Positions 29,825 to 42,995 are shown, counted from the first letter of the stretch. The stretch: DNA of 44,549 nucleotides from an uncultured Nitrospinaceae bacterium (GCA_964195835.1 CAXMTB010000006.1:1-44549); one strand, 5' to 3'. Notes: generated by a model from the sequence alone, not told the origin. Program-made: numbers and translations.

Positions 29825-31018
29825 TTATTCGATAATCTCACTGACCACACCGGCACCAACCGTCCGACCGCCTTCCCTGATGGCAAACCTTAACTCTTTT
29901 TCCATCGCTATGGGCGTTATCAACTCCGCTGTGATCGTCACATTGTCTCCGGGCATCACCATCTCTACACCTTCCGGTAATGCCAAATTCCCCGTAACAT
30001 CCGTCGTACGAAAATAAAACTGAGGCCGATATCCACTGAAAAACGGCGTGTGACGGCCGCCCTCCTCCTTACTCAATATGTATACCTCCGCCTTGAACTT
30101 CGTGTGAGGCTCTATCGTACCGGGAATCGCTACCACCTGACCACGCTCAACCTCATCTCGCTTCGTCCCCCGAATCAATACACCAATGTTGTCGCCGGCT
30201 CGACCCTCATCCAAAAGCTTCCTGAACATCTCTACTCCCGTACACACCGTCTTCAACGTCGGACGAATCCCCACAATTTCAATATTATCTCCAACATGGA
30301 TAATGCCTCGATCAACACGACCCGTTACCACCGTCCCACGACCCGATATGCTGAAAACATCCTCTATCGGCATCAAAAACGGCTTGTCTATATCACGCAC
30401 GGGCTCAGGAATAAACGTGTCCACCGCATCCAGCAACTCAAAAATACACTTGGCTTCCTCACTGTCACTATCATCACTCTCAAGCGCCTTTAACGCACTG
30501 CCGCGAATGATCGGTGTGTCATCCCCCGGAAACTCATATTTGTCCAATAATTCCCGAAGCTCCAACTCAACAAGCTCGATCAGTTCTTCATCATCCACCA
30601 TGTCACACTTGTTTAAAAATACAACAATCTGCGGAACTCCCACCTGACGCGCCAACAATATGTGCTCACGCGTCTGGGGCATCGGACCATCGTCGGCGCC
30701 AACAACCAAAATGGCACCGTCCATCTGAGCCGCACCCGTTATCATGTTTTTGATGTAATCCGCATGACCCGGACAATCCACATGTGCATAATGACGATTC
30801 ACCGTCTCATACTCAACATGCGCCGTCGCTATGGTTATTCCTCGCTCCTTCTCCTCGGGGGCCTTGTCTATCTGATCAAAAGGAACAAAATCCGCCAGCC
30901 CCTTCATGGCCATATGCTTCGTTATCGCCGCGGTCAAAGTCGTCTTGCCGTGATCTATATGACCAATCGTACCGACATTTACATGTGGCTTGGTCCTCTC
31001 AAACTTTGCCTTACCCAT
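29825..31018 (-). CDS. tuf: Elongation factor Tu
   Basis: [36 protein letters not shown]. Confidence 0.99.
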   Translation of the reverse strand: MGKAKFERTKPHVNVGTIGHIDHGKTTLTAAITKHMAMKGLADFVPFDQIDKAPEEKERGITIATAHVEYETVNRHYAHVDCPGHADYIKNMITGAAQMDGAILVVGADDGPMPQTREHILLARQVGVPQIVVFLNKCDMVDDEELIELVELELRELLDKYEFPGDDTPIIRGSALKALESDDSDSEEAKCIFELLDAVDTFIPEPVRDIDKPFLMPIEDVFSISGRGTVVTGRVDRGIIHVGDNIEIVGIRPTLKTVCTGVEMFRKLLDEGRAGDNIGVLIRGTKRDEVERGQVVAIPGTIEPHTKFKAEVYILSKEEGGRHTPFFSGYRPQFYFRTTDVTGNLALPEGVEMVMPGDNVTITAELITPIAMEKELRFAIREGGRTVGAGVVSEIIE

Positions 31019-31136
31019 CTTCGAAATCCTCCCTTTAAAGCGGGTTAGTGATGTACATCTTCATATTTCCAATAACGCCTTAGATGGTTTGATTTTCCGA
31101 AGTCTATTCACCGCCCAATGGACCCATCCTGACATT

Positions 31137-31607
31137 TTACCATTTGTAGTGCGCAAACGCCTTGTTCGCATCGGCCATCTTGTGGGTGTCTTCCTTCTTT
31201 TTAATTGAAGCGCCTCGTTTATTGGCGGCATCCAAAAGCTCTGCCGACAGCTTATTAACCATTCCTTTTTCAGATCTTTTACGAGCAAAGTCGATAATCC
31301 ACCTGATTCCGAGCGCCGTTCTCCGAGATGGCCGAATTTCTGTTGGAACCTGATAGGTTGATCCCCCAACGCGACGCGACTTGACCTCAATCATCGGTTT
31401 TGAATTTTCAAGCGCCTGTTCGAAAATTTTTATTGCAGGTTCACTGGTCTTTTTTTCGATGATATCCATAGCATTATAAAGAATTGACTCTGCGATACTC
31501 TTCTTTCCGTCCCTCATGATAGATTTTATGAATTTTGATACCAGCTTGCTGTTATACTTGGCATCCGGCACAATAACCCGTTCTGGGACTTCTCGTCTTC
31601 TAGGCAT
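31137..31607 (-). CDS. rpsG: 30S ribosomal protein S7
   Basis: [30 protein letters not shown]. Confidence 0.98.
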   Translation of the reverse strand: MPRRREVPERVIVPDAKYNSKLVSKFIKSIMRDGKKSIAESILYNAMDIIEKKTSEPAIKIFEQALENSKPMIEVKSRRVGGSTYQVPTEIRPSRRTALGIRWIIDFARKRSEKGMVNKLSAELLDAANKRGASIKKKEDTHKMADANKAFAHYKW

Positions 31608-31699
31608 ATATCACACCACTTTTTTTTATTTTTCATTCATTTTCATGCAACGAAGCCCAGCCACATTGTATCGAGAACCTCGCGACATGTAACATGTTT

Positions 31700-32071
31700 C
31701 TACTTTGGCTTCTTGGACCCGTATTTTGATCGACCCTGTCTTCGATCCTCGACACCAAGGGTATCCAGGGTGCCTCTAACAATATGATACCTTACACCCG
31801 GAAGGTCTTTAACGCGCCCACCACGGACAAGAACAACCGAATGTTCTTGAAGATTATGTCCTATCCCCGGGATATAAGCGGTAACCTCTATGCCGGTTGT
31901 CAGTCGGACTCTGGCAACCTTCCGTAAGGCAGAATTGGGCTTCTTGGGTGTCGACGTATATACGCGGGTACAAACGCCTCTTTTCTGGGGACTCCCTTTA
32001 AGTGCCGGGGTATTGGTTTTCTTCTTAATTCGCTTTCTTCCTTTTCTTACCAGCTGATTAATCGTCGGCAT
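31700..32071 (-). CDS. rpsL: 30S ribosomal protein S12
   Basis: [30 protein letters not shown]. Confidence 0.99.
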   Translation of the reverse strand: MPTINQLVRKGRKRIKKKTNTPALKGSPQKRGVCTRVYTSTPKKPNSALRKVARVRLTTGIEVTAYIPGIGHNLQEHSVVLVRGGRVKDLPGVRYHIVRGTLDTLGVEDRRQGRSKYGSKKPK

Positions 32072-32128
32072 TTTTTCACTTAAATCCTTGTATTTTGATA
32101 AAGCAAATCCAGGGTTGACAAAATGACT

Positions 32129-32157
32129 ACTATTGAACTTAAAGGCTGATTTGTCAA
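32129..32157 (-). promoter_or_regulatory. Possible sigma70 promoter for rpsL
   Basis: Minus strand TTGACA-N17-AATAGT; the -10 box is weak. Confidence 0.35.
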
Positions 32158-32298
32158 GCCTTTTATATAAAATTAATGATTAATTTAGACCATTGCCAGA
32201 ACATTTTCCCAAGCATTTGAGCAGGTCGGTTTAAAGGGCTCCTCGCTTAAGTGGGTTGTTTGGGGTTGAGAAAGATCTGAACCATCAATTATCTTCTA

Positions 32299-35200
32299 CT
32301 AATTCGATATGATATCCACTTCTTTATATTTAGAAAGACCGGTGCCGGCAGGCATGATCCTTCCCATAATAACATTTTCCTTAAGCCCGCTCAGGCAATC
32401 TACTTTTCCGGCAATGCTTGCATCGGTAAGCACTTTGGTAGTTTCCTGAAATGAAGCGGCCGAGATAAAACTTTCGGTGGAAAGTGACGCCTTGGTGATC
32501 CCCAAGATAAGAGGTCCTGCCACAGCAGGTTTCTTTCCTTTTTCGATCACATCCTGGTTAGCTTCTTCAAACTTGACCCGATCCACCTGATCTTCAAGAA
32601 TAAAGTCTGTATCTCCGGCATCAAGGACCTTAACACGCCGCATCTGCTGCCGTACGATGACTTCGATGTGTTTATCGTTTATCCTTACACCTTGTAAACG
32701 GTAAACTTCTTGGACTTCATCAACGAGATATCGTGCCAGTGCAATTTCACCTTTAATATTCAATATATCTTGGGGGATAGCTGAACCGCTGATCAGCGCC
32801 TCACCCGCCCTGATGTAATCACCCTCGTAAACATTAACATGCTTGCCCCGTGTGATCAAATATTCTTTCTTTTCACCTACATCCACCGGTATGACGGTAA
32901 TCCTCTGTTTTCCTTTTTTGGTTGCCTTCGCTATTGAAACATACCCATCGATTTCGCTCAACACAGCGGTTTCTTTTGGTTTTCGCACTTCAAAAAGTTC
33001 AGCCACCCTTGGCAAACCGCCGGTAATATCTTTTGTCTTGGTCGTGGCACGGGGCAGCTTTGCGATAACATCGCCAGCCATAACATCATCCCCCTCTTCA
33101 ACCAGTAAAATTGCATTTATCGGCAGTAGATATCTGGCCACGCCCGATGATGATGGCAGGCTGGCTGTTTTTCCATCTTTGTCCTTAACCGAAATTCTTG
33201 GGCGTTCCTCAGCGCTTTTAGATTCAATGATCGTTCGACTCGATTTTCCGGTAACAGGATCAACTTTCTCCTGCATGGTTTTACCTGCCGTGATATCACC
33301 GAATTTAACGGTACCGTCAACTTCTGTAATAATTGGTGTTGTAAATGGATCCCATGTAACCAGAAGGTCTCCGACCTGGGCTTGGTCACCGTCTTTTACC
33401 TCGATGTGAGCGCCGTAAATGACCGGAAAGCGTTCTCTTTCGCGACCGCTGTCGCCAATGATGGCAATTTCGCCACCCCTTCTGTTCATCACAACAAATC
33501 TACTCTCGTCTTTTTTGACCACATTGACATTGAGAAATTTAACCAACCCCTCTGTCCTGGCTCTAATATCAGCCTGTTCAACCCTTCGGCTGGCTGTTCC
33601 GCCAATGTGAAACGTCCGCATGGTCAACTGGGTTCCGGGCTCGCCGATGGACTGTGCTGCAAGGATTCCCACTGCCTGACCAATTTCGACCTTTGCGCCA
33701 TGAGAAAGGTCCCGGCCATAGCACTTGACACACACGCCCGTTTTGGTCCTACAAGTTAATACAGATCTTATTTTCACTTTGGTAAGTCCGGCATGTTCAA
33801 TGGCCTTTACGGCATCTTCGTCCAGATCTTCACCGGCTTTGACAATCACCTCATCAGTAAACGGATCATGAATGTCTTCTATGGCAACACGCCCCAAGAT
33901 TCGTTCTTCAAGACGCTGTATTACTTCGCCGCCTTCCAACAGAGATTCAACCTCAACACCTATCATCGTTCCGCAGTCATCTTGAAGAACAATACAGTCT
34001 TGGGCAACATCGGCAAGCCTTCGGGTAAGATAACCTGAATTGGCTGTTTTAAGTGCTGTATCTGCCAGACCCTTTCTTGCGCCGTGAGTTGATATGAAAT
34101 ACTGAAGCACGGAAAGGCCCTCTCTAAAATTGGCGCTAATGGGTGTTTCTATGATTTCACCGGATGGTTTTGCCATCAGACCTCTCATGCCGGCAAGCTG
34201 ACGCATTTGGTCTTTACTGCCCCTGGCGCCGGAATCGGCCATCATATAGATCGGGTTAAAACTTTCTTCAACAACGGGGTTTCCCTTTTCATCCAAGACC
34301 GGGTTACCCTCACTGTCGGTCACAGGTGCTGTACGCATGGACTTCATCATCTCATCAGCAACATCGTCGGTTGCCTTGGCCCATATATCGACAACCTTAT
34401 TATATTTTTCACCTTGAGTGATAAGGCCCTCGGTATATTGTCGACCAATTTTTTCAGCTCGCTTTTCAGCACTTTTCAAAATATCCCATTTGGCTGCAGG
34501 TATGATCATAGCGTCAATAGAAATTGAGAGCCCGCCTTCGGTTGAGTATTGATAGCCGATGTTTTTTAAGCGGTCTGAAAGGATGACCGTAGCTTTGGGT
34601 CCCAAGTTTCTGTATGCATAATCCACAAGTTCACTCAAGGTCCTTTTATCCTTGACATTATTGATCATAGCAAACGGTATATCGGGTCGTTTGTTAACCA
34701 TTTTAAAAATATGGTAGGCTTCATCCGCAAAAATAACACCACTTGTTTCACCTTCTTCAAGGGCAAAGACGTTGTCTGTGTTCTCATCCGAAACACTGAA
34801 AATCCGTTTGAATTCGTCCTTTCTAAACAGACCGATAAGACCTTCATTTTCTCGATCAAGTCCCTTGGAATATTGGGCCACCATTTCGACAAAATTCGCA
34901 CCGGACTTTATATTTTCAAGAACAGCCGTGGCCTCTTTTTCCTCAAAAATCTTGATATGGCGCACCATCACAATGTTGTCCTTGGGTATGATTTCCCACA
35001 AAAGGATGCGCCCAACGGTCGTATCATACCTTTCCCCGTCGATTCGAACCGTAATTTTAGCATGAAGATCTATCGCCTTGGCATCGTAAGCACATCGAAC
35101 TTCTTCAGGATTAGCAAATATTTTGCCTTCGCCTTTTGATCCGGTCACTCCCCTGGTCATATAATAGATTCCAAGAACAATATCCTGACTCGGCACAATA

Positions 35201-36696
35201 ATGGGATGGCCATTTGCCGGAGAAAGAATATTGTTGCTGGACAGCATCAATACTCTTGCTTCTATCTGAGCTTCTACGGAAAGCGGTATATGAACAGCCA
35301 TCTGATCACCATCGAAGTCCGCATTAAATGCCGTGCAAACCAATGGATGAAGTTGGATGGCCTTTCCTTCAATAAGAATCGGCTCAAAAGCTTGAATACC
35401 CAATCTGTGTAAGGTAGGTGCCCGGTTTAAAAGGACCGGATACTCTTTAACCACCTCATCCAGTGTATCCCAAACTTCCGGGGTTTCACGTTCAACCATC
35501 TTTTTAGCGCTTTTTACCGTAGAAACAAGCCCTTTCTGCTCTAAACGATAATAAACAAATGGCTTGAACATCTCCAGCGCCATCTGCTTTGGGAGGCCGC
35601 ACTGATGCAATCGGAGATTGGGTCCAATGGTAATAACGGTACGTCCGGAATAATCGACCCTTTTACCCAGCAGGTTCTGCCTGAAACGTCCCTGCTTTCC
35701 TTTTAATGTGTCACTTAGAGATTTTAACGGACGCTTATTCGTCCCCATAATCGCTCTTCCGTGCCGACCGTTGTCAAAGAGAACATCCATCGACTCTTGA
35801 AGCATCCTCTTTTCGTTTCGAACAATAATGTCAGGGGCTTTCAATTCGATAAGGCGCTTTAACCGATTGTTTCTATTAATCACCCTGCGATAAAGGTCAT
35901 TGAGATCAGATGTTGCAAATCTCCCTCCCTCAAGGGGTACAAGGGGCCGCAAATCCGGCGGAAGAACGGGAATAACGTCCATGATCATCCAGGTCGGGTC
36001 AACTCCTGAACGTCTGAACGAATCAACAATCCTGAGTCGTTTGGAAAGTTTCTGCCGTTTTGCCACAGAACCGGTAGCGGTAATATCAACTCTTAATTCC
36101 TTATATAACGATTCTAGATCTATCTTCTCCAGCAGCTTTTTAACAGCTTCCGCACCGATACCAGCTTCGAATTTTGTCCCGTAAATCTCGCGTGCTTCTC
36201 TATATTTTTCTTCAGATAAAAGTTGACAGGGACTAAGGTCTGTGTCCATTGGGTCAATGACGATGTAGCTGTCAAAATAAATTACCTTTTCAAGATTTTT
36301 CAGCGTCATATCCATCAAGTTGCCGATCTTGCTCGGAAGGCTTCTTAAAAACCAAATATGAGAACAAGACGCGGCCAGTTCAATGTGTGCCATCCGTTCC
36401 CTCCGAACCTTGGACTGGATAACCTCCACACCGCATTTCTCACATATGACGCCCCTGTGCTTCATTCGTTTATATTTTCCGCAGTTGCACTCATAATCCT
36501 TTGTGGGACCAAAAATTTTGGCACAAAAAAGGCCGTCTCGTTCAGGTTTAAAGGTTCGATAGTTGATGGTCTCTGGTTTCTTAATCTCTCCATGGGACCA
36601 TTTTAAAATCTGCTCCGGAGATGCCAGTGCAATCTTAATTCCAGAATAAAGCTTCGGATCGGTGGGTTTGGCAAAAAAATCGTATAACGTTTCCAT
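32299..36696 (-). CDS. rpoC: RNA polymerase beta-prime subunit with parvulin-like insertion
   Basis: [39 protein letters not shown]; extra ~99-aa segment at about residues 573-671. Confidence 0.99.
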   Translation of the reverse strand: METLYDFFAKPTDPKLYSGIKIALASPEQILKWSHGEIKKPETINYRTFKPERDGLFCAKIFGPTKDYECNCGKYKRMKHRGVICEKCGVEVIQSKVRRERMAHIELAASCSHIWFLRSLPSKIGNLMDMTLKNLEKVIYFDSYIVIDPMDTDLSPCQLLSEEKYREAREIYGTKFEAGIGAEAVKKLLEKIDLESLYKELRVDITATGSVAKRQKLSKRLRIVDSFRRSGVDPTWMIMDVIPVLPPDLRPLVPLEGGRFATSDLNDLYRRVINRNNRLKRLIELKAPDIIVRNEKRMLQESMDVLFDNGRHGRAIMGTNKRPLKSLSDTLKGKQGRFRQNLLGKRVDYSGRTVITIGPNLRLHQCGLPKQMALEMFKPFVYYRLEQKGLVSTVKSAKKMVERETPEVWDTLDEVVKEYPVLLNRAPTLHRLGIQAFEPILIEGKAIQLHPLVCTAFNADFDGDQMAVHIPLSVEAQIEARVLMLSSNNILSPANGHPIIVPSQDIVLGIYYMTRGVTGSKGEGKIFANPEEVRCAYDAKAIDLHAKITVRIDGERYDTTVGRILLWEIIPKDNIVMVRHIKIFEEKEATAVLENIKSGANFVEMVAQYSKGLDRENEGLIGLFRKDEFKRIFSVSDENTDNVFALEEGETSGVIFADEAYHIFKMVNKRPDIPFAMINNVKDKRTLSELVDYAYRNLGPKATVILSDRLKNIGYQYSTEGGLSISIDAMIIPAAKWDILKSAEKRAEKIGRQYTEGLITQGEKYNKVVDIWAKATDDVADEMMKSMRTAPVTDSEGNPVLDEKGNPVVEESFNPIYMMADSGARGSKDQMRQLAGMRGLMAKPSGEIIETPISANFREGLSVLQYFISTHGARKGLADTALKTANSGYLTRRLADVAQDCIVLQDDCGTMIGVEVESLLEGGEVIQRLEERILGRVAIEDIHDPFTDEVIVKAGEDLDEDAVKAIEHAGLTKVKIRSVLTCRTKTGVCVKCYGRDLSHGAKVEIGQAVGILAAQSIGEPGTQLTMRTFHIGGTASRRVEQADIRARTEGLVKFLNVNVVKKDESRFVVMNRRGGEIAIIGDSGRERERFPVIYGAHIEVKDGDQAQVGDLLVTWDPFTTPIITEVDGTVKFGDITAGKTMQEKVDPVTGKSSRTIIESKSAEERPRISVKDKDGKTASLPSSSGVARYLLPINAILLVEEGDDVMAGDVIAKLPRATTKTKDITGGLPRVAELFEVRKPKETAVLSEIDGYVSIAKATKKGKQRITVIPVDVGEKKEYLITRGKHVNVYEGDYIRAGEALISGSAIPQDILNIKGEIALARYLVDEVQEVYRLQGVRINDKHIEVIVRQQMRRVKVLDAGDTDFILEDQVDRVKFEEANQDVIEKGKKPAVAGPLILGITKASLSTESFISAASFQETTKVLTDASIAGKVDCLSGLKENVIMGRIMPAGTGLSKYKEVDIISN

Positions 36697-36711
36697 TTAT
36701 TTTTCCCTGTT

Positions 36712-39700
36712 TTATAGTTTTCCTTCTAAAAGGGCTATATCCAAACCCAGACTCATTAATTCCTTTGTCAGTACTTTAAATGACTCGGGTAAGCCCGGAT
36801 CCAGCGTATTTTGCCCTTTTACGATTTTTTCGTACATGCGAGTCCTGCCAGCCATATCATCTGATTTCACTGTCAAAAATTCTTGCAGAGCATGTGCGGC
36901 ACCATAAGCTTCCATGGCCCATACTTCCATCTCGCCAAGCCGCTGACCGCCAAACTGTGCCTTTCCACCCAGCGGCTGCTGCGTTACCAGGGAATAAGGA
37001 CCTATGGACCTGGCATGGATCTTGTCATCCACAAGATGGTGTAGCTTCAACACATACATTGTCCCAACAGTAATCTTTTCCTTAAAGGGCTCGCCGGTAC
37101 GGCCGTCATATAGTGTTGTCTGACCGGTTGAGCTGAGCCCTGCTTCGGTTAAAAGAGATTTTATTTCCGCCTCTTTGGCGCCGTCAAAAACCGGTGTGGC
37201 CATATGGACACCATCTTTATAACCTTCCACAAATTCGCACATCTCTTTATCGTCAAAGCCGTCGATCATCTCCTGTAAAGACGGCTCTTCGAATATTTTC
37301 TTAATTTTATCGCGCAGGGCTACAATTTTTTGTTCTTCAAGCAACCTGTTGAGTTGATCGCCTAAACCTTTGGCAGCCCAACCTAAATGTATTTCCAAAA
37401 CCTGGCCAACATTCATTCGGGAAGGCACTCCCAGCGGGTTCAATATCATATCAACCGGTGTGCCGTCTTCAAAATAGGGCAGGTCTTCCTGGGGAAGAAT
37501 TTTCGACACGACACCTTTATTGCCGTGACGACCGGCCATTTTATCTCCGACGGATAACTTACGCTTCATGGCAACATAGACTTTTACAAGTTTGATGACG
37601 CCTGGAGGAAGGTCATCACCTTTTTCAAATCGGCCCACTTTCCGCTCAAATGTGTCCCTGCAAATTTCACATTGATTCCGATATCGTTCAAGAATGTTAT
37701 GGACCTTTTCCGTGAGCTGCGGGTTCTTTAATACAATGCCTTCTATCTGAGCCACGGGTATCTCGGCCAGCATGTTGGAATCTATTTTATCATCTTTTTG
37801 AATCAGAACTTTTTTTCCCTTTTTGAGAGATGAAATACATTCCTGGCCCACTAGCAATTGTTCAAGTTGTGTACGAACCACATCCTGAATAACGTCAAGC
37901 TTATCATCTGTCTCTTTTTCAAGGGAAGCAATCTCGCTATCTTCGATCCACCGGGTACGATCATCTTTTCCAACACCACGTCTTGAAAAAACTTTGGCAT
38001 CAATGACAATCCCACGAACGCCGGGTGGCACCCGCAAAGACGTGTCCTTCACATCTCCGGCTTTTTCACCGAAAATCGCCCGTAAAAGTTTTTCTTCAGG
38101 TGAAAGCTGTGTTTCACCTTTGGGTGTAATCTTGCCGACCAGTATATCTCCCGGCACCACTTCAGCACCGAGCCTGATAATACCGCTTTCATCCAACTCC
38201 TTTAAGGCTTCCTCGCCTACGTTTGGTATGTCTCGCGTGATATCCTCTTTGCCCAGTTTGGTATCTCGGGCAACGACCTCAAACTCCTCAATATGAACAG
38301 AAGTATACACGCCTTCCCGGTGAAGTCTTTCACCCAGAAGAATCGAATCCTCAAAATTATAACCGCCCCACGGCATAAATGCCACAGTAATGTTTTTCCC
38401 GAGAGCAAGTTCGCCATGGTCCGTAGCCGGACCGTCTGCAATGATCTGCCCGGCTTCCACTTTTTGTCCTTTTCTGACAATAGGACGTTGATTAAAGCAA
38501 GTATTCTGATTGGAACGGATGAATTTTGAGAGGTTGTAAACCGTAACCGGTATTTCAGAGGCCTTGTCGTCATCCCTATCTTCATGTCTTATAACAATCC
38601 GGGAAGCATCCACATGCACCACAGTACCATCATGCTGTGTAACCACCGTAACACCTGAATCTTTAGCCACCACCCCTTCAATACCGGTGCCCACTAAAGG
38701 TGCCTTGTTAACAATCAGAGGAACTGCCTGACGTTGCATGTTCGACCCCATCAATGCCCTATTGGCGTCATCATTTTCAAGGAACGGAATAAGGGATGCA
38801 GAAACACTCACAAGCTGGTTAGGGGAAATATCCATCAGTTCGATATCCTCGGCCTTGACCATCATGAACTCTCCCATCACCCTTGACGTTACCAGCGGAT
38901 TGACATATTTCCTATCTTCGTCCAGCAGCGCGTTAGCCTGGGCAATAGGGTGTTCTTTTTCTTCAAAAGCGGTAAGAAACTTGACATCTTTCAGCACAGT
39001 GGCATCTTTAACAACACTGTAGGGTGTTTCGATAAAACCATATTCATTGACTCGAGCATAAGTGCTAAGTGACACAATAAGACCAATATTCGGTCCTTCC
39101 GGCGTTTCTATGGGGCAAATTCGTCCGTAATGAGACGGGTGGACATCCCTGACTTCAAAACCGGCCCTCTCACGCGTCAATCCGCCGGGTCCCAATGCAC
39201 TCAAACGCCTTTTATGGGTCGTTTCTGAAAGCGGATTTGTTTGATCCATGAATTGGCTGAGCTGGCTTGTTCCAAAAAACTCTTTAACAACAGCGGAAAC
39301 CGGTTTTGAATTGGCAAGATCGTGGGGCATCAGTGCATCGACCTCTTGCAAACTCATCCGTTCCTTAATGGCACGTTCCATTCTGACCAGTCCGATGCGA
39401 TACTGGTTTTCGAGAAGCTCTCCAACGGCACGAACCCTTCGATTTCCTAGATGATCGATATCATCAACCGCTCCCTGGGCATCCTTAAGTTCTAAAAGTG
39501 TTTTCGTCGTAAGAAAGATATCTTCCTTTCGAAGCGTCTTTAAATCAATGGATGAGTTGATGCCCAGACGAGTGTTAATCTTCATACGGCCCACACCGGA
39601 AAGATCGTAATAGGAAGATTTGAAAAACATGTGGTCAACAAAATCCTGAGCCACTTCGGATGTGGCAGGATTTCCGGGTCTGAGTCTCCGGTATATCTCA

Positions 39701-40815
39701 ATGAGCCCACCCTCTTTTGTTTCAACTTTGTCCAAGAGCAGCGTTTTGTGAATAGAGTCACTGGTGGTTACACCATCAATAAAAAGCAGTTCAAATTCAG
39801 TAATACCGGCATCACGTAAGGCTTGAAAATTTTCTTCATCAAGCACCTGGTTGCATTCTACGATGGGTTCTTTTTTGTCAGGATCAATAATTGTTTTGGA
39901 AAAAACTTTGTTGACGATATCTTCAACACTCAACGGTATCAAATTGACACCCGCTGATTTGAGACGTTTAACTGAAGCTTTAGTAAACACGCGTCCTTTA
40001 GTAACAATTGTATCGCCGGTTTCAGGATTTTTGACATCTTGACCGGCACGCTGTCCTTTCAGCAAATCTTCATTAAATTCCTTAAAAATTCGTTTACCGC
40101 GGATAACGATCCTTTCTGTTTTATAAAAATAAGCCAGAATGTCTTCAGAAGTATATCCAAAAGATTTAAAAAGAATGGTGATCGGCAGTTTGCGACGCCT
40201 GTCAATTCGAATATTAACGATATCTTTATGGTCGATCTCCATATCGATCCATGACCCGCGCACAGGGATAATTCTGGAAGTATATATTACCTTGCCGGAG
40301 GAATGTGACTTACCTTTGTCATGATCGAAAAACACTCCGGAAGATCTGTGAAGCTGGCTTACCACAACACGTTCAGTCCCATTAATGATAAACGTACCAT
40401 TATCGGTCATCAGAGGAATCGTTCCAAAATAAATTTCCTGCTCTTTGATATCGCGAATGTTTGTAATTCCCGTCTCTTTATCAAGATCATATACAACCAA
40501 CCTGACAGTGATACGGAGTGGAATCTCGTAGGTCATTCCTCTGTGCATGCATTCATGAACACTGTGTTTGATTTCGCCAAATCGATAAGATACAAATTCA
40601 AGAGAAGCAGTTCCGGTAAAATCCTTTATGGGAAACACAGACTTATATACTGCTTGCAAGCCGATGTCTCTTCTTTTTTCCGGAGGAACATCCTTTTGCA
40701 AAAACCGATTGAATGATTCTTGTTGCACCGCGATTAGATTAGGAATATCAACAATCTTTGGTATCTTCCCAAAGTTTTTTCTTACGCGCCTGTTTGCCAA
40801 AAGCCTTTCCGACAT
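36712..40815 (-). CDS. rpoB: RNA polymerase beta subunit
   Basis: [42 protein letters not shown]. Confidence 0.99.
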   Translation of the reverse strand: MSERLLANRRVRKNFGKIPKIVDIPNLIAVQQESFNRFLQKDVPPEKRRDIGLQAVYKSVFPIKDFTGTASLEFVSYRFGEIKHSVHECMHRGMTYEIPLRITVRLVVYDLDKETGITNIRDIKEQEIYFGTIPLMTDNGTFIINGTERVVVSQLHRSSGVFFDHDKGKSHSSGKVIYTSRIIPVRGSWIDMEIDHKDIVNIRIDRRRKLPITILFKSFGYTSEDILAYFYKTERIVIRGKRIFKEFNEDLLKGQRAGQDVKNPETGDTIVTKGRVFTKASVKRLKSAGVNLIPLSVEDIVNKVFSKTIIDPDKKEPIVECNQVLDEENFQALRDAGITEFELLFIDGVTTSDSIHKTLLLDKVETKEGGLIEIYRRLRPGNPATSEVAQDFVDHMFFKSSYYDLSGVGRMKINTRLGINSSIDLKTLRKEDIFLTTKTLLELKDAQGAVDDIDHLGNRRVRAVGELLENQYRIGLVRMERAIKERMSLQEVDALMPHDLANSKPVSAVVKEFFGTSQLSQFMDQTNPLSETTHKRRLSALGPGGLTRERAGFEVRDVHPSHYGRICPIETPEGPNIGLIVSLSTYARVNEYGFIETPYSVVKDATVLKDVKFLTAFEEKEHPIAQANALLDEDRKYVNPLVTSRVMGEFMMVKAEDIELMDISPNQLVSVSASLIPFLENDDANRALMGSNMQRQAVPLIVNKAPLVGTGIEGVVAKDSGVTVVTQHDGTVVHVDASRIVIRHEDRDDDKASEIPVTVYNLSKFIRSNQNTCFNQRPIVRKGQKVEAGQIIADGPATDHGELALGKNITVAFMPWGGYNFEDSILLGERLHREGVYTSVHIEEFEVVARDTKLGKEDITRDIPNVGEEALKELDESGIIRLGAEVVPGDILVGKITPKGETQLSPEEKLLRAIFGEKAGDVKDTSLRVPPGVRGIVIDAKVFSRRGVGKDDRTRWIEDSEIASLEKETDDKLDVIQDVVRTQLEQLLVGQECISSLKKGKKVLIQKDDKIDSNMLAEIPVAQIEGIVLKNPQLTEKVHNILERYRNQCEICRDTFERKVGRFEKGDDLPPGVIKLVKVYVAMKRKLSVGDKMAGRHGNKGVVSKILPQEDLPYFEDGTPVDMILNPLGVPSRMNVGQVLEIHLGWAAKGLGDQLNRLLEEQKIVALRDKIKKIFEEPSLQEMIDGFDDKEMCEFVEGYKDGVHMATPVFDGAKEAEIKSLLTEAGLSSTGQTTLYDGRTGEPFKEKITVGTMYVLKLHHLVDDKIHARSIGPYSLVTQQPLGGKAQFGGQRLGEMEVWAMEAYGAAHALQEFLTVKSDDMAGRTRMYEKIVKGQNTLDPGLPESFKVLTKELMSLGLDIALLEGKL

Positions 40816-40843
40816 GGCATCTCCAATATGTTAATTTTGTTAA

Positions 40844-40940
40844 AGGTCATGGGTTATGGGTAATAGGTTATGGGTTTTCCGGCGAAGGGGATTTAAAAAA
40901 CCCCTTACCGGTCATCTATTACCTATTACCCATTACCTAT
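40844..40940. repeat. Inverted heptamer tandem arrays flanking a hairpin in the rplL-rpoB spacer
   Basis: AGGTCAT GGGTTAT GGGTAAT AGGTTAT ... CCGGCGAAGGGG-N10-CCCCTTACCGG ... ATTACCT ATTACCC ATTACCT. Confidence 0.7.
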
Positions 40941-40954
40941 TTTCTTAATATTTA

Positions 40955-41338
40955 TTACTTTATTTCAACCTGCGCGCCGGCTTCCTCTAGCTGTCCCTTG
41001 ATCTTTTCGGCTTCATCTTTAGAAATGCCTTCCTTCACGGGTTTGGGAACTTCATCGACCAAAGTCTTGGCTTCTTTCAGTCCCAGACCGGTAATTGCCC
41101 TGACCTCTTTGATAACCTGAATTTTCTTGTCACCAAATGTTGTCAGAATAACGTCAAATTCGGTCTTTTCTTCTGCTGCGGCACCTCCGCCTTCAGCAGG
41201 AGCAAAAGCCGCAATAGCCATAGGTGCGGCTGCTGAGACTCCAAACTTTTCTTCCATTTCTTTAACCAGTTCAGATAAATCAAGAACCGACATATTTGCT
41301 ATAAATTCAATTACATCTTCTTTGGTAATATCCGCCAT
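40955..41338 (-). CDS. rplL: 50S ribosomal protein L7/L12
   Basis: [33 protein letters not shown]. Confidence 0.98.
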   Translation of the reverse strand: MADITKEDVIEFIANMSVLDLSELVKEMEEKFGVSAAAPMAIAAFAPAEGGGAAAEEKTEFDVILTTFGDKKIQVIKEVRAITGLGLKEAKTLVDEVPKPVKEGISKDEAEKIKGQLEEAGAQVEIK

Positions 41339-41397
41339 TTTAATTTTCCTCCAGTTTAACTTTTAACATTTTATATCTTTCGAACCATTTATTCTAA

Positions 41398-41919
41398 TCA
41401 GCCAGCTTCTTTCTGTTCCTTGATGGCCTGGAGTACATTTAAAAACTGTACCGGAATGGCATTAAGGACCCGGACAAAGCCGGTAACAACACCGTTGGCT
41501 GCCGAAAGGAATTGCCCCAGAAGCTCTTCTCGACCAGGAAGGGTCGATATCGTCTTGATTGCGTCTACATCAAGCACTTTGCCGTCCAAAACACCGGTTT
41601 TAATTTCAAGCTGTTTATGCTCTTGCGAAAACTTTGTCAGCACTTTTGCCGGTGCAATCGGGTCATCGTAACTTAAGGCAACAGCACTCGGACCTTTAAA
41701 ATAATCCTTAATCAATGCGATATCGGTCTCTTCAGAAGCTCTGATAAGAAGCGAGTTCTTTACCACCCTATATTCAATTTTTTCCGCTCCAAGCTTCCTT
41801 CGTAAGTCATTTATCGTCGTAACATCAAGACCTTTATAATCTGTTACGATGACAACTTTTGACCTCAGAAACTTTTCATGCAGATCTTTTACAATCTCTT
41901 TCTTTTTATCTATCCGCAC
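41398..41919 (-). CDS. rplJ: 50S ribosomal protein L10
   Basis: DYKGLDV, YRVVKNSL, LPGREELL; likely GTG start 41919 (the GTG at 41931 overlaps the SD GGAGG). Confidence 0.96.
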   Translation of the reverse strand: MRIDKKKEIVKDLHEKFLRSKVVIVTDYKGLDVTTINDLRRKLGAEKIEYRVVKNSLLIRASEETDIALIKDYFKGPSAVALSYDDPIAPAKVLTKFSQEHKQLEIKTGVLDGKVLDVDAIKTISTLPGREELLGQFLSAANGVVTGFVRVLNAIPVQFLNVLQAIKEQKEAG

Positions 41920-41980
41920 AAGTTCAAACACCTCCTTCCTTAATCTGTAAAAAACCGGAGGAACAACTTTTTAAAATAAA

Positions 41981-42042
41981 ATGTCTCGGTAGGCCGGCAT
42001 CGCCGATTAAACACAAACAAGTGCACCTACGGTCTTTGACAG
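41981..42042 (-). ncRNA. Ribosomal protein L10 leader (autoregulatory cis element)
   Basis: Minus strand TGTCAAAGACCGTAGGT...TTAAT...CCTACCGAGACA fits the AAGAC-GTAGG/CCTAC-GAG core, directly upstream of rplJ. Confidence 0.85.
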
Positions 42043-42269
42043 AAATATTGATATTAACTTAACCTGTTAAGAAATAGACACCATCAATACAGGGTTACTA
42101 AAGTTCTTAAAACAGGCTTTCTCCGCCTCAAAATAGAATTTAGAATTAAAATCAGACAATTTCAGTGAGTTCAAGAATTTCTTAAAATAAAATTACGCAA
42201 AAATCCTCTCGATTTGGTTATGTTAGAGATGGAAGAATCAAGACTTTTAGGTTCATCAAAGCAACGATA

Positions 42270-42974
42270 TTATTTGAGCAAGTCCTTGACACTGGCCGCA
42301 TCAATCTTAATGCCGTGTCCCATGGTAGTTGAAACGGCGATACTTTTCAGGTAGGTTCCCTTACTGGAAGCCGGTTTGAGTCGAAGGATCGTTTCTAAAA
42401 AGACAGACGCATTCTGCACGATCTTATCTACGCCAAAAGAAACTTTACCCATTGGAACGTGGACAATGCCGGCTTTTTCAACCTTGAAATCAATTTTACC
42501 TGCTTTGATCTCCTTGACCGCTCTGGCCAAATCAAAAGTTACAGTTCCGATTTTTGCATTGGGCATGAGCCCTCTGGGGCCGAGAAGCTTTCCTATTTTT
42601 CCCACAGTCCCCATCATGTCAGGTGTTGCAACAGCTTTGTCAAAGCCGAACCATCCTTCTTTAATTTTTTCTATTAAATCATCGTTCCCGACAAAATCCG
42701 CACCTGCATCCAAGGCCTCTTGCTCTTTTTCTCCTTTAGCAAATACGAGGACTTTAACTTCCTTGCCAAGGCCATTGGGCAAAACGACAGTACCGCGAAC
42801 CATCTGATCAGCATGTCTTGGATCGACGCCAAGTCGAACCGCAACGTCAATTGTTTCATCAAATTTAGCATAAGATGAACTTATTGCTATTTTAACGGCT
42901 TCGCTGAAACTGTGTTTTACCTTTGTGTTTGTCTCTTTACGTGATTCTAAATATTTTTTACCCCGCTTCGGCAT
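42270..42974 (-). CDS. rplA: 50S ribosomal protein L1
   Basis: [30 protein letters not shown]. Confidence 0.98.
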   Translation of the reverse strand: MPKRGKKYLESRKETNTKVKHSFSEAVKIAISSSYAKFDETIDVAVRLGVDPRHADQMVRGTVVLPNGLGKEVKVLVFAKGEKEQEALDAGADFVGNDDLIEKIKEGWFGFDKAVATPDMMGTVGKIGKLLGPRGLMPNAKIGTVTFDLARAVKEIKAGKIDFKVEKAGIVHVPMGKVSFGVDKIVQNASVFLETILRLKPASSKGTYLKSIAVSTTMGHGIKIDAASVKDLLK

Positions 42975-42995
42975 GATCTTATGTCCACTCCTTTT

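Noticed and set aside
31061-31135. 24-codon ORF (MSGWVHWAVNRLRKIKPSKALLEI) as a fusA remnant
   Set aside because: No convincing similarity to EF-G termini by eye.
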